A stretch of 64,000 nt of DNA from Mobula hypostoma (lineage: Eukaryota): positions 192,884,001 through 192,948,000 of the forward strand of contig NC_086097.1 in assembly GCF_963921235.1 (NCBI RefSeq), in the 5' to 3' direction. Under the pieces are notes generated by a model. It searched no databases. It saw only the letters and a list, made by a program, of their open reading frames with translations, and was not told the origin of the DNA. The translations under genes were made by a program, and so were the position numbers. Shown piece by piece: positions 1 through 13,620 of the stretch. Position 1 is the stretch's first letter; every line of letters starts with the position of its first letter.

Positions 1-500
1 GATTTGGCCTCATTAACTTGTGTTGCTGCTTTTAGGAATTTGATTAACTTTAATCCTCAATCCCTCTGCTTCCCTAACTCACTTACATTCCTCTTTTGCA
101 ATATGTGGCATCCGTATATTTCACAATCAAAATGCTCCTCCTCACATTAAATGTATTGAATTCATCCATCATATGTGACTCTGGAAGTTTATTAATGTCT
201 TATTTGCAATCTTTCTCTGTATTAACTACCTCAGCCCCAATTTGTAATGACATATGCAAATTTTGAATGTTGATTTTTTGATTCCGAATTTTAGATTGTA
301 AATATAAACTATAAACAATTTTATATATGTAAATCATTGTGGATCAGCCAAATGATATTCCAAAATTTTCCATTCAAACATACTGCTCAACTGCATGAAA
401 CAAACTCTTGATGTGGACTGATGCCATGCTTTCTGTTAATTATGTTGGATACCATTCAAAACCAATATTTGTTCATAAATCAAATTAGCTCTGTCATTAC

Positions 501-819
501 ATAGAGGATAGCCAGCACCTCTTCCCCAGGGCACCACTGCTCAATGCAAGAGGACATGGCTTTAAGATAAGGGGTGGGAAGTTCAAGGGGGATAATAGAG
601 GAAGGTTTTTTTACTCAGAGAGTGGTTGGTGCGTGGAATGCACTGCCTGAGTCAGTGGTGGAGGCAGATACACTAGTGAAGTTTAAGAGACTACTAGACA
701 GGTATATGGAGGAATTTAAGGTGGGGGGTTATATGGGAGGCAGGGTTTGAGGGTCAGCACAACATTGTGGGCTGAAGGGCCTGTAATGTGCTGTACTATT
801 CTATGTTCTATGTTCTATG
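501..819 (+). mobile_element. CR1 LINE 3' end fragment
   Basis: Encodes the CR1 ORF2 C-terminus (LFPRAPLLNARGHGFK...FTQRVVGAWNALPESVVEAD) and ends in a (TTCTATG)n tail. Near-identical to the reverse complement of 13633-13935. Confidence 0.9.
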
Positions 820-1160
820 AAGTGCACATCTACATAGAAGACATTTAAGATTACAGAATATCAGCAGTAAAAGCAAGTGTTTTGGAATCAGGCACTGAGA
901 TCCTGAAATTCCATGCCACAATCTCAGCAATTCTGTAATGATGAATCTCTCTTTGCCAGATTCTTGCAACCTCTATTTTCCTTTGATCCCTCCAATCCTC
1001 CTCAACCTTGCACTTGGAGTCCTTCACCATTCTCCATTTTTATTTCTTAAACTAGTGACATCAAATTGGGCAACAATGATTCAAGTAACATTGCATGTTT
1101 AACTCAAACAATTCAGAACTTGTCAAGCTTCCACTCCCATTAAACCATGTCAGGTGAGAG

Positions 1161-1675
1161 CCCCCGTCACTCAGAGTTGACCATGGATATTGCGTCCTAG
1201 CCATCTGGATACACAAGCATGGGCAGTATGATATGGAGAGCAAGCTGTTGCCCATGTAGCAAGCTCCCCCTCTCCATGCGCCTGATGAACCCAAAGGAAC
1301 AGCAGACACTGATACAGTTTGGTGCCAGAAGCATCGCAGGAGTTGCCAGTCAGCATTGAACTCAATGTAGGACTGCCTTGGGGACCCCAGCTCCAGATTT
1401 TTCCCATGGGGTTTAGTCCCAAACCTTCTCCATTGGTGGGTATAGCCACAAGACAACGAAGCTTTGAGATCAGTGTTTTGCTTCTCCTAGATGAGCTGCA
1501 AACTATGGCTAACGAACCCCATCTGTCCAAAGCGAGTGGTTTTAAGGCACCAGTAACCCACCTTTGCCCCTCCTCCTGTCAGTAGAAACAGTCCACTAGA
1601 CTCAGTAGCTGAGCAACACATAAAGGCCAGGAGCTGGACTTGGTTGTCAGAAGCTATTGGAGGTATTCACCATAT
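1161..1675 (-). mobile_element. Non-autonomous RTE-related interspersed repeat
   Basis: Second copy at 54722-55006 and an overlapping piece at about 36297-36391. Its reverse-complement end is homologous to the SINE tail at 11320-11450. No coding capacity. RTE assignment is inference. Confidence 0.55.
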
Positions 1676-1838
1676 TGCATAACTTAATGGAGTTATGAAT
1701 TACTCAATTCATTGTTCAAGAAGGGTAGGAAAAACAGGCCAGGAAACTAGAGATGGGTGAGCCTGACTAAAATCCTAACATATTATTTGAGCATAAACAT
1801 CTAATCTATTGAATTTAATTAGATTCTCATGTGCCAAT

Positions 1839-1950
1839 AGAATCAGAATCAGATTTATTCTCACTGACAAATGTGAAATTTGTTGTTTTGCGGCAGCAAT
1901 ACAGTGCAATACATTAAAAATTACTACAGGTTACAATAAGAATTACAAGT
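1839..1950 (-). mobile_element. Rex-Babar-type LINE 3' tail remnant
   Basis: aatcagaatcagatttatt...aaatttgttgttttgcggcagcaatacagtgcaa matches the reverse complement of the Rex 3' end at about 22015-22092. Confidence 0.55.
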
Positions 1951-2989
1951 TGACTATGTCTTCAAGCTCCTGTACCTCTTCCTTGATTTTAGTACTGAGA
2001 AGAGGACCCTCGGGGGCAGGTATAGGAGCTTAAAGTCTTTAATGATGGATGCCATCATCTTTTGAAGGTGTCCTTGTTAAGAATGGAAAGAATAATAAGT
2101 CACCCCTATCAAATCATCTGTATACCAAGTCTTATAAAATTCAATCCTATTCTTAATTAACTTTTACTAATTAATAAATAAATAAACAACTTTCTTAGAC
2201 TCTATATCGCACAATCCATTACTTCAATTCAATAGAAAAGGTTTTTAATCTGCATTTTCAGAAGATTTATTTGCCTCAATTTTTATAAGCTTGTGTTACG
2301 CCTTTCATTCTTGTCGATTTTTGATGAAGGAGCAAAAACATTCCTTCAGCTTCTCAAATATTTATGATAGCCCTAAATCCCAAAACTAATCAAAGTCCCA
2401 TCATCATGATCATATCTGGGGAGTGGTTCCCAGAATCTTTCCACTGGGATTCTGGTTGAAACATTTCAATGTTGGATTCCTACTCCCATTTGCTAAGCAG
2501 TGCTAGATTTGCTTAAAGACAAGTTGGATCTGCCTAGCACTTCCCTGGATTTCCTGGGGTCACTCTTCACTTGACGTGCACTTTATATCAACCACGCATC
2601 AGTTTGCTCCCACCATTCTTCAAAATCAAGGTCATTTCCTCTATTTGCTTCCCACACAATATAATGAACAAGAAAAGCACTGTGTTTACTCTCTTTACTG
2701 AAGCTGACCTATTTCATTTACTCACCTTCAATATATTTCATTCAACTTACTTGATCCACTTTCTTCTTCTCTATAAGCACCTGTCATATTTTTAAAAGCC
2801 TTGAATCACGCACACTCTTAACATGTTACGAAATAAAAAATAAATTCAAAAGCTCATTGTAGGTTTCATCTAAACTTAAAATGGCACCTTGTGACTGAAA
2901 AGCATCTCTGTCAGAGCAAATATTTCAGCTTATAAAAACTTAGTTTAATTCACAATCGAATTAAACTGAGGTGTATCTAATCACCTAAC

Positions 2990-5556
2990 TCACCTTCTCC
3001 TACTTCATCATCGTTACTTTCATCATCCTGAATATTGTTCTACAGAAACCTGTAGAAAATGTCCCAAATTTCCCGAAATTTGCCAAGTTTGTTTTTTGTG
3101 ATGTGCCTTATCTTTTCTAGAGCAAGGTAAGAAGTCATTCCTTTCAGCCATTGTGAGAGTCCACTGGTTGTTGGTTCCTTCCATGAATAGGCCATGCAGC
3201 GCTTAGCTTCCAAAAAATAAATATTAAGCAGATACCTTACATTTTTGGAGATTACAAAGTCCTTTGGATAAATATTCAGAATACATAATTTAGGATCAAG
3301 GGGCACCTTTTTTCCAATAATCTGACTCATCAAATCCAGCACCTTCTTCCAGAAGCAGATTATCTGGGGGCACTCCCACATACAATGGAACAGAGACCCC
3401 TTTTGGTGGCTACATTTCGTGCAAGTGTCTGGAATGTTGGAGTTAAAGTGATGCAACCTGACTGGAGTAATGTACTGTCTGGTTATCCATTTGTATTGTA
3501 GTAATTTAGAATGAGTTTTCACTGATCGGGTTTGAACAAAGGAACAAGCTTCTGACCACTCTTTTTCTGACAGATTCTCATGCAAATCAGTTCTCCATAC
3601 TTGTAGTATGTTGTTTGATGACTCTTTGCATTTACTTGCAAACAAATTGTATAATACAGACACATGTCCCCTAGCTTCAGATAATTTCAGAGTGATATCT
3701 TCTAGAGTAGATAAAGGAGGGAGCTTCAAACTGTAACCTTGCCTGGATATAATAAAACTTTGCAACTGAAGGTATTTAAAAAAGTGTTTTGTTGGAATTC
3801 CATATGTGGCCTTGAGTTCTTCAAATGACATAAATGTATTGCCATTATAAAGACCAGAAACTTAGCTATGCCTCGGGTAGACCAAGTTTTAAAACCAGGG
3901 TCTGCTCTGCCAGGCTGGAGGCTATCATTACCAAAGATAGGAGTAAACTGGGATAACTGTGATGCCTCTTCCAAATACGCAAGAGCATCGTGCCAAACTA
4001 TTATTGTATTTTTTAAGAAAGGGTTTTTAGTTTGTTTAACCAGTTTTTTCTTATCTGCTGAATACATATATAGTTCTAGAGGGATATTGATCGACTGGGA
4101 TTCCATTGAGACTCAAGTAGGGGAGTAATCCTTAACAAAGTAAAACATTCCTGCTTTAAATTGGGCTGCCCAGAAATTTCATAAAAGATTTGGTAGCTGT
4201 AAGCCGCCTCTATCATACTGCAGATATATCAGGGAAAGCCAGAGTCTTGGACGTCTATTATTCCAGATAAAATTAGAAAATTTTTTCTTTAATAAATAAA
4301 AGAAAGATGATAGAGGAGAAAGTGGGATAGATTGGAAAAGGTACAGGAACTTCGATAAAATTGACATTTTTAGAATGTTTATGCGTCCAATCAAAGATAT
4401 GGGCAATTTCATCTATCTGTTTATAAGTTGAATAACTGAGTCTGTAAGAGGGTTTTAATTAGTGGGATAATTTTATCAATAGTAGGAGTAATTTTAACAC
4501 CCAAGTAAGTAAAACCCTGTTCTGACACCATAAACGGAGTTTGAAGTGGGGGATTGAGTCTCTCGTCTTTATCCATGAATAATAATGCAGATTTGTTGTT
4601 GTTTATTTTATAGCCTGCAAAAGTACCAAAGATACTTATCAGGTCAATTAAGGCAGGTAATGTTTGTTTCAAGTTGGAGCAAAACAAAATTACGTCATCC
4701 GCGACAGAGCTATGTGAAGTTCTATATCTCCTATAGTTATTCCTGCTATGTTATCCTGTTTTCGAATTGCCATAGCAAGTGTCTCAATGGCCAGGATAAA
4801 CAGGAGAGGAGATAGGGGACAGCCCTGTCTTGTTCCCCGTTGGAGTTTAAATGGTGCCGAAAGAAGCCCATTAGTTAAAATTTCAGCCTGTGGGTTAGAA
4901 TAAAGGAGCTGTATCCACCTTAAAAATTTTCCCCCATACCAAATCTTTCTAAAACTTTAAATAGATATTGCTATTCCACTCTGTCAAAGGCTTTCTTGGC
5001 ATCCAATGACAGAATAGCGCTATCAGAGCTTCCAGGTTTTTCATAAAGTATATTAAGCACTCTTCGAGTGTTGTGGAAGCCCTGCCTTCCCTTAACAAAT
5101 CCATTTTGGTCAGGGTGGACCATTTTTGGCAAGAGCGGTTCCAGCCTCCTAGCTAATACCTTACAGAGAATTTTGAGACCATTATTCAGAAACGAGATTA
5201 GCCTATAAGGATAGGGACGATGGTTTTCCAGGTTTTAACAGTGGTGTAATTTCTGCAATATTAAGGGGGGGGGAGGGATCCAGTGTCAAATAACTCCTGA
5301 TACATATCAAGCAGAGGTGATATTAATTTAATCTTAAAGATTTTGTATATTTCAATCAGAATTCCATCGGGCCCAGGAGTTTTCCCTCTCTTCATGTTAG
5401 TTATAGCTTCAGTCTATTCTTTAGCATCAAAGTTAAACTCCAGCGAAGACAAGGACGTTTCATGCAGGGGTATAAATTCTAACAAGTCGAGAGATTCCTT
5501 TTGTATTTGTGGAGCTGAATCTGAATATTCTGAGTTATGCAGAAAGTATTATTTAG
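2990..5556 (-). mobile_element. Decayed L1/Tx1-clade LINE ORF2 (RT and C-terminal Cys-rich domain)
   Basis: Frameshifted ORFs: [69 protein letters not shown] (ORF 3040-3831). Confidence 0.9.
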
Positions 5557-5879
5557 ATTTAGAGCAGTGGCTCCCAAACTTTTTTGGGCTACTGCCCCCT
5601 TGGCTCCCAGACCACATTCCCACCCCCTCTCCTGCCATTACATAAAAACTACAAAGAATTTTGAATTATGATACACAGTGGAAAAAAAATACAAACTGCA
5701 AGTTCAAAGCAGTGACAAATAATTGCAAAAAATCTTCAAGTAAATATAAAGCTACAAATAAAATTCCTTCTCTTCCAACTTAGAGAGGCTCGGAAATTGG
5801 AAAAGGTCACAACGGCCAATGTTACATTTAAATATGGTTACCTAGGATAGAAATGTGGAAAGGACTGGTTTGAGTTTGA

Positions 5880-8181
5880 TAAGATTCACTTCATTTCCTT
5901 GCAATTGAAGACTGATTTAATTAAACTTGGCAAATAATTCTGATAAATAAGCAACACCAGCCTAATATTCTTGAATTGTTTACTAAATAAAGCATTTGAC
6001 TCTTCAAAGAACTTTATTACAGATTCAAAAAGTGCATAAAGACAACTCGAGCAGTTCCTTTTGAGAGCCATCTGATTTATGTGCAACAGCAAACATTGAA
6101 ACTATTCAACATGCTCAAAACCAGGCTCTCGAAATAGTTGAGAACTGAGAGCTTGGCTCTTGATCTTATTTACCACTGTGATAACAGTATTTAATGATTT
6201 GTGCATCCGATCACTTGTGTATTATAAGACAGGATGTTCCTTCTGAATTACACAGTGAATAGTAAACATGTTAGCTGCAGGCTTTTTCAAGAAAGTAATA
6301 ACCTCATAGTGGTGCTCTTTCATTGACTGTGTCCCATCTTTTGCACAAGCAAGAATGTTAGTGATTGGAATGTCCTTCTCTCTGAAAAATCCCTCAGAAA
6401 AACTGAAATATTGACTCCCCATTCATAACTGCTTCTAGTCCCCTTGTAAATAACGTCACTTGAACTATGCTTCCTCTTTTTTATGAAGTGAATAAAAGCA
6501 AGAAGCAATGATTTGTTGCCTGGCAGAGTTGACTCACCCTGCTGCAGAGCAAATTCTGTTGTCCTAACTATGTTGCACAATGTGTATCCACATTCTCAAA
6601 CATTTCACCAATTCACCTTTGAAAAGAGTTGTTGCAGAGCAGAATCACTGTAATTATTTGATCTGGTGACTTATGCAAAACCATACTCGGAACATCCCTT
6701 ACTGCTAGCAGAATCAGATCTTTTCTAATTGTATGGGGCTTTCCAGACTTAGTAATGAACAATGAAACATTGTGTAAAGCACACAAATCAATACTATTTT
6801 GTTGTGAAATGCTGGCAAATATGTTTAAGTGTTTTCTGTTTCTGAAAGTTTTCGTGAATTGACTGAAATAAGCCAAGTTCTTGTTTGCTTTATCAGAGTG
6901 TGTTCCCTTCAAATGTTTAAGGAGCTCGAATGGTTTCATTGCCTCATTTAAAAAAAACTTTTCTACACAATGAGCACATTGGCTGTCATTGCTTGGTGCT
7001 GGTATGAATCCATATTTCAGATACTCCACATTATACTGTGATCCCCTCCAAGATGATTGCCAAACTTTGCCAGCTTGGTATCAGCTTATCCCTCTGCAAT
7101 TGGACCTTGGACCTTCTGACTAACAGACCCCAATCAGTTAAGATGGATGACCTCTCCTCCTTCACTCTCACCCTGAACACCTGCGTGCCTCAAAGCTGTG
7201 TGCTGAGCCCTCTTTTGTACTCTCTTTTCACCTATGACTGCGTTCCTGTACGTGGTTCTAACTCCATAATCAAGTTCGCAGATGACACCACAGTAGTTGG
7301 CCTGATCAGAGGGGATGACGAGACGGCCTACAGGGACGAGGTCCAGCACCTGGCCCCATGGTGTACCAACAACAACCTGGTCCTTAACACCCAGAAGACC
7401 AAGGAGATCATTGTGGACTTCAGGCATGCTAGGAGTCACACTCACGTCCCCATCTACATCAACGGAGCTGTAGTGGAGCATGTATCAAACTTCAAATTCC
7501 TTAGTGTCCACATTTCCGAGGATCTTACCTGATCCCTGAACTCCTCCATCCTGATCAAAAAGGCGCAACAGTGCCTTTATTTCCTGTGGAGCATCACGAA
7601 AGCTCAACTCTGTCCCAGGATACTGACGGACTTTTACCACTGTACCATTGAGAGCATACTCACCAACTGCATCTCAGTGTGGTATGGCAATTGTCCTGTA
7701 TCGGATCACAAAGCACTCCAGCGTGTGGTGAAAACTACCCAGCGGATTATCTGCACCCAATTGCCCACCATTGAGAACATCTACCATAAACGCCGCCTGG
7801 GCAGGGCAAAACGCATTATCAAGGATGCATCTCACCCTAACCATGGACTCCCATCCGGTAGGCGCTACAGGAGCCTTGGCTCCCGCACCAGCAGGCACAG
7901 GAAGAGCTTCTTCCCTGAGGCTGTGACCCTGCTGAACCTCACATCACAGCGCTAAGTAGTATTGCACCCATATTGTACTGTCTCAGTACTTTTATATTTG
8001 TGTGCTGTATCACTTACTTTTTATTCACAGTTATTTTGTAAATAACACTATTCTTTGCATTTCTGGTTAGATGCTAACTGCATTTCATTGGCTTTGTATC
8101 TGTACTCAGCACAATGACAATGAAGTTGAATCTAATCTAATCTAATCTATACTTCTTTTTCCTTTGGTCTACTTCTTCCAT
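5880..8181 (-). pseudogene. Buster/SCAND3/ZBED5-like transposase remnant, split by a LINE at 7040-8148
   Basis: MEEVDQRKKKY|RQYNVEYLKYGFIPAPSN, NEAMKP..L.KHL, AKDGTQSM (TDGA motif), IHCVI (CxxH region), RWLSKG. Multiple frameshifts; C-terminus apparently deleted. Confidence 0.85.
7040..8148 (+). mobile_element. Rex1/Babar LINE, 5'-truncated
   Basis: PQSCVLSPLLYSLFTYDC, IIKFADDTTVVGLI, LNTQKTKEIIVDFR, DASHPNH. (AATCT)n tail. Confidence 0.9.
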
Positions 8182-8459
8182 TTTCGTTATGGAATAACAA
8201 CCATGATCAATCATCTATTATGTTGAACCTCAAGTGCGGCAATCAATAAACGGGAAGGTTATAGCTCAGGCAAAACCTGACTCTCTACCTGAAGGTACAT
8301 AAAGGGGGACAGTGGTACCTTGGCTGGGCCATGGGCTAGAGAAATGCAAACAAGAGCTTTCGAAAGGACAGATTCGGAACTTTACCCCATTGAATGCCGT
8401 ACCCTAATTCACAAGAATTGAGTCACTGCGTGGTTTGAGTATGGGAATTGTACTAGCCA

Positions 8460-8527
8460 GTCCCAGCCTGAAAGTTGACTGTCTATTCATTTCCATAGAT
8501 GCTGAGTTCCTCCAGCATTTTGTGTGT
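8460..8527 (+). repeat. Penelope-like pLTR remnant inside the hAT
   Basis: gaaagttgactgtctattcatttccatagatgctgagttcctccagcattttgtgtgt matches the pLTR copies at 40270-40345. Confidence 0.6.
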
Positions 8528-9249
8528 AGCACTGTACTACAATAGTGAACAGCAATTATTCACTAACCTGGACCTGGAAATAACATGATTTCTTCAGTCC
8601 AGATTTCTCATGATATGCCAAATACAGAAGTATCACACTGCTTTTCAACAACTATAACGTGCTTTGATCAAAGCCTAAGAGCACCGTGGGTTAGCAAGTG
8701 ATGAGGTGATTACATAATCATTTCAATCAATTATGAGGCATTGAGGATCAAATGCCTATAATAATTCATTTTAAAAATTAAACCTATAATACCTCAACTG
8801 CCCCTCTTGCTACCAAGTGCCTGCCCACCACCCCCTTTATCATTGTCGCCCCCGCCCCTCGGAAACTCTCACTGCACAGGTGCACAATAATGCCCAATTT
8901 GGGACCCACTGATCGAGAGGATATTATTATCCACAAGACAAATTTTCTTCAAAATTGCATTATCCTGGCCTTTGCCATTACACAGCTAATGTCCTCTACA
9001 TAGGGGAAGAATATTAATCAGTTCATTAAACTAAACAGAGCAACAATTTATAAAATCAAGTAGAAAGGAAGATCTTCAATCATTTCTTTTGTATCAATGA
9101 ATCAACTGAATCAATCTGTATATCATGGTATCTGGAGTCCAATGGCTATTTCACATTACAAGAACTTACACAGGGGTAATTTGTACTTTTCTTTATGGAC
9201 CCCAATGGACGGTCTCTTCAGTGGGAGAACTGAGTGACACTCTGCCATC

Positions 9250-10400
9250 ATAATTTAAGAAGTTAGACTCTTTGATATCAACATTACCACATGACAAGCA
9301 GGAAGTCACTAGTTGAAAGAACAAGCGGAGGATAAACCTTCATTTGGAGAGGCAAACTTCCCAAAGTGTGAGTTTCACCATCAAGAAAGAGTGATTCCTG
9401 CAAAATTCACAAGAGCCTCATCAAAATTTGGCCCAAAAAGTAGAGGCACTATACTGAAGACATCAATGCATTCCTGAAGCTGCAGATGAAGCTAAGGAAG
9501 ATTTCCACTCCCACCTTTCAAATTATCCTGGTTCATATCCCAAATGGAGACAAATTAATAACTTTCAGTGTCTTCAAACGCAGAGATTGATAGGTTCTTT
9601 ATAAGTAAGAATATCAAAGGTTATGAGGATAAGGCTGAAAATAGGGTTGAGAGGGATAATAAATCAACCATTATGGAATGGTGGAGCAGACTTGATGTAA
9701 TGAATGGCCCAAATCTTTTCCTATATCTTAGGGTCTTGTGTATTTCCTCACAGCCCATGCTTCACAAACAACCTGCCAACTCCCAACCAACATGTGCCAC
9801 TGAATGTCTACAGTATTTGCATTGCCCTGAAGAAATATCTGTGAAAAGCCTCTTGGCTTCTCTGTCATAGAAGGCACAAGTGGTTTGATATGGATGACTA
9901 GGAGATTGAGGCATTAATTAATCACATGCATACACTGTTCTTGGATGGAAAACTCCACTACAAGGAAAATAAAAACACCTGCAGGCAGAAGTCCAGCAGA
10001 AAATGATGAGCTAAGGAACAGAGATAGTGAGAGGTGAGAGCACAGGCATTTCAGCAATTTATTGTTTGCCATAACATGTGTGAGTTCATCAATATTGACA
10101 GACCATTCAAGGCACCATTCTGCTGAGAGCCAAGAATGGAGATTGCAACCAGAACTTATCTACAGGATAGAGAGGAATGTCAAGGCCTCTGCAAATACAC
10201 CCACAAACTTTGCAAATGTGACATCACCTTTGACGTAAGCGTTCTTGACTCAATTCAAAAGCAAGCTATTTGATGTAGTCTGAATAGCAGCACTTGCCGA
10301 CAAAAAGTCAAAAATGCCCTGGAAGTTTCCTTTATTGAAATTCTAAAACTTGATGATTTTGGTCACAATATAGCAGGAACCTCAGAGGTGTCATTATTGT
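9250..10400 (+). mobile_element. Ancient, highly decayed RTE (BovB-like) LINE with a CR1 3' fragment at about 9560-9740
   Basis: Relic peptides: GG*TFIWRGK..FTIK (endonuclease), HKWFDMDD*EIEALIN, AEVQQK, LRAKNG. Boundaries are approximate. Confidence 0.5.
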
Positions 10401-11128
10401 GGCCATCTTCAAAGAAAGGAGATGTTCACTGTTGTAACTATAGAAAACTTCCTCTGATATCTGCCACGATAAAAGCCATTACCAAATTCCTCTTCAACAG
10501 CTTCCTTTGAATCATGATTGGAATTCCATCCCTCCAGGAGCAAATGGACAGGATCTTCATCCCATGACAATCCCAAGAGAAATAAAGGGAGCATAATCAG
10601 CTACCTTCTTGACTCACATTTGACTCCATCAACTGGTATAGGCTATGAACACTCTCCTCAAATTTGGCTGTCCAAGAAAATTTTGTTATATCTTATCTAA
10701 GTTCCAAGCCATTGTCAACTTGTTTACTGAACTATACTGGACATTAGTCCCCACACTCAATATCAGAATCCATCAACTCAAATGCAGTAAAAAGAGTAGC
10801 ACATAGAACTACCTGCAGAGAGGATCCTTTTATGATGTCTCCATTTAATGCAGGTTCCCTTCAGGGGCTCCAACGCTGGGCCCTGTCCTGAATGTAATAG
10901 CGTCCATAGCACCCAAACATTCAAGTATAACCCAGAACTCTCTATCAGCTGTTTATGACTCCTTCCTCCACCTGCTCACAATTCCCCAAGCTGACCCTTG
11001 AGCTTCAGTGTTGAAGATCCAAGCTCCAACAATCCCTTCCCTCTTCTTGGGCTTTGCTCACCCACAAACTCACATGTTACTAGACTTCAGAAATATGGGA
11101 GAGTAAATGTAGGAATATTCTTTGTGTA

Positions 11129-11458
11129 GTGTTGGCGCAGGGTTAAGGCGTCATGGTTTGTGCAGTGGTTAAGGCGTCGGTCTAGTGATCTGAATGTCAC
11201 TAGTTCGAGCTCAGCTGAGGCAGCGTGTTGTGACCTTGAGCAAAGCACTTAACCACACATTACTCTGCGACGACACTGGTGCCAAGCTGTATCGGCCCTA
11301 GTGCCCTCCCCTTGGACAGCATCAGTGGCGTGGGAGAGGGGAGACTTGTAGCATGGGCAACTGCCAGTCTTCCATACAGCCTTGCCCAGGCCTGTGCCCT
11401 GGAAACCTTCCAAGGCGCAAATCTATGATATCATGAGACTAACGGATGCCTATATGTC
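11129..11458 (+). mobile_element. tRNA-derived SINE with CORE-like body and RTE-like tail
   Basis: A-box-like tggtttgtgcagtgg and B-box-like agttcgagc; CORE-like gtgaccttgagcaaagcacttaacc; flanking direct repeat ctttgtgta (11120-11128 / 11459-11467). Confidence 0.75.
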
Positions 11459-13488
11459 CTTTGTGTATGTGAAGTGTGCAAAGTGCAAAGACCAATCTAT
11501 TGTACACAATACCATGCTGTAATGGGAAGTGAGAACGTATTTTGCCTGAGGTATGGAACTATTTATGGAGCTTTTCATCTTAAAGATGGATACTAAAAAT
11601 TTGTGTGCATAGTACAGATATAATTCCCAGTTTTGTTTATTGCTATAATGTGTGCTTCCTCATCTTTTCAATTAGTAAATGAGTAACTAATATTTACTCA
11701 GACTCAGCAGTTACCATTGATTGGACAATTCTATGGAGCCTCTCTCTCCACCAACATTCCTTTACTGTCTCTGCCATATTTCAGATGAAGTAACATTGTT
11801 GGAAAGAGAAGCAATGTTAAAGAAATTCTACTTTACTGTTAAAATCTGAAATACTGCCACCATATGATACTTCAATACATTTGGACTCCTTTACATTTCA
11901 ATCTGAGGTGAAGTAAACTTGATTAATAATTACTAAGAGGGTCATTCCTTTTTCAAGATTTTACTGATAAAATATTCAAGCTTTCTCTCTGAAAGAGTAT
12001 GTCCTTTAATGCATTATGGAGCTGGTTTGTGTAGGCTTTGTATCTATTTGGATAAGAATGATTAAGAGTGAGTAAATCAAGCTGATTTACAATAGATTTT
12101 TTTCCCTGTACATGGATGTGAGTGATAAAACCCAACACTCCCACTCACCAATGTGATACACTAATTCGTTCTACAGTCACAAGGTTCAAAACAACATGCT
12201 TTGCTGATAAATTGTGAAATATCACCCTTCTACCTGTTTAAGCTACTCAAGGCGATCTGGAGCTGTTTTTAAAGCACTTCAGCCAGTGAGTGGGAGTGTG
12301 TACTGCAGAGTGGCTGATACAATACCCATTTTTGGAAAGGAGGCCAGAGATAATTTGATTACAGACAGGCCAGTTGCCTTAACAACTGGACTGTGAAAAC
12401 GTGCCTAGAAACAGAAGTTCATCTTTATTCGCTGCATTGAACAAATGCTGTGTTCAGAGTGAGCACTCATTTGAGTTGTAACCTACAAAATGATGGAACT
12501 TGAAAAATTCACTTTTAAAAAGTGATTAAAGCCGTTTACACTCATGACTGCTTTGATAACTGAGACCTGTGAAGTCCCTGATTACAACTGCCTGCAGCGA
12601 TCACGGGTGCTGTCTTTAAAATTAGGAATCATAGGAAGCAGACCTCTGCCTTTAAGAACCCTCTGCATAGCAATATTAGTATAAATGACTTTCATGGAAA
12701 TGAGGGAAATTGCAGGGAGGGTAATAGGTGATTACTGTGCATGTGGCCACTATTGTTGTTTCAGATTGGAAAGTAGTTCTAAACCACTGTGAGGAAAGTG
12801 CTGTTCTTCTGCAACGATCACAAAATATATCTCCCCAGTGGGAGACCATTTATTCACGTCTCTAAGCTGACTTGCTATGTGAAATTTTCTTTGCTTCACT
12901 GGGAGTTTGTAGGTTGCACATTATTGTACTGATTACTGGCTGTAAGGCAAGGATGTGCTTCACTTATCGATGACATTATGATGTTCATGCACAACTCTGA
13001 ATTATGCCAGAAGTGCCTGGTCTAATTTCTTGAATGAGATTTCATAAGGAAAATTCAACTTCATATTAAAATGTTTATCAAATAATTTCTATGTGTACAT
13101 ATTTTCCGTACAAGTAGGTGCAAGTAGGTACCATTTCTTAGCGTTCACTCTCAGTTAAGAATAAGTTTGTCCAACATCAGAATTGTTTGAGGAGGTATCA
13201 TGTAAAGTGTTCATGATTATAAGTATGGTTCACTTTGTCATTGCATTTTTCTAGCACGAAATAAAACCCCATTGATCTTAAATGCATCAGGCTTATTCCC
13301 CTCATTGTATTGGATTAAATGTTATATGATATACCGCCATTTTGGTAAAAATGGATGATATGGCCATGCCTTTAAATCCTAATGTCTAACCAATGAGTTT
13401 AGGTTATAAATGCACATGTTCTATTACTCACCTCAGATACAGTTCATACAGGATGAAGTTACTGAAAGGCAACTGGTTCTATTCTGTT

Positions 13489-13620
13489 AGAAACATAGAA
13501 ACATAGAAGACTTACAGCACAATACTGACCCTTTGACCCACAAAGCTGTGCTGCACATGTCCATACCTTAGAATTTACCTTAGGTTACCCATAGCCCTCT
13601 TTTTTTTTAAGCTCCATTCT
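13489..13620 (-). mobile_element. CR1 3' tail fragment
   Basis: Starts with agaaacatagaaacatagaa, the reverse complement of a (TTTCTATG)n tail, followed by CR1 3'UTR hairpin sequence. Confidence 0.65.

Larger units (their letters stand above)
5565..8911 (-). mobile_element. hAT DNA transposon, Charlie/Buster type, defective
   Basis: 16-bp TIRs (cagtggctcccaaact at 5565; right end reverse-complements to cagtgggtcccaaatt, 14/16). 8-bp TSD atttagag (5557-5564) / atcgagag (8912-8919) resembles the NTCTAGAN target. Contains transposase remnants. Confidence 0.88.

Noticed and set aside
1280..1320. CTGATGA as a hammerhead core
   Set aside because: No stem II followed by GAAA.
5880..8181. Domesticated ZBED/SCAND3 gene
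   Set aside because: Has TIRs and a TSD, many frameshifts and a LINE insertion.
11140..11225. tRNA gene
   Set aside because: The tRNA-like head continues into a SINE body and tail.
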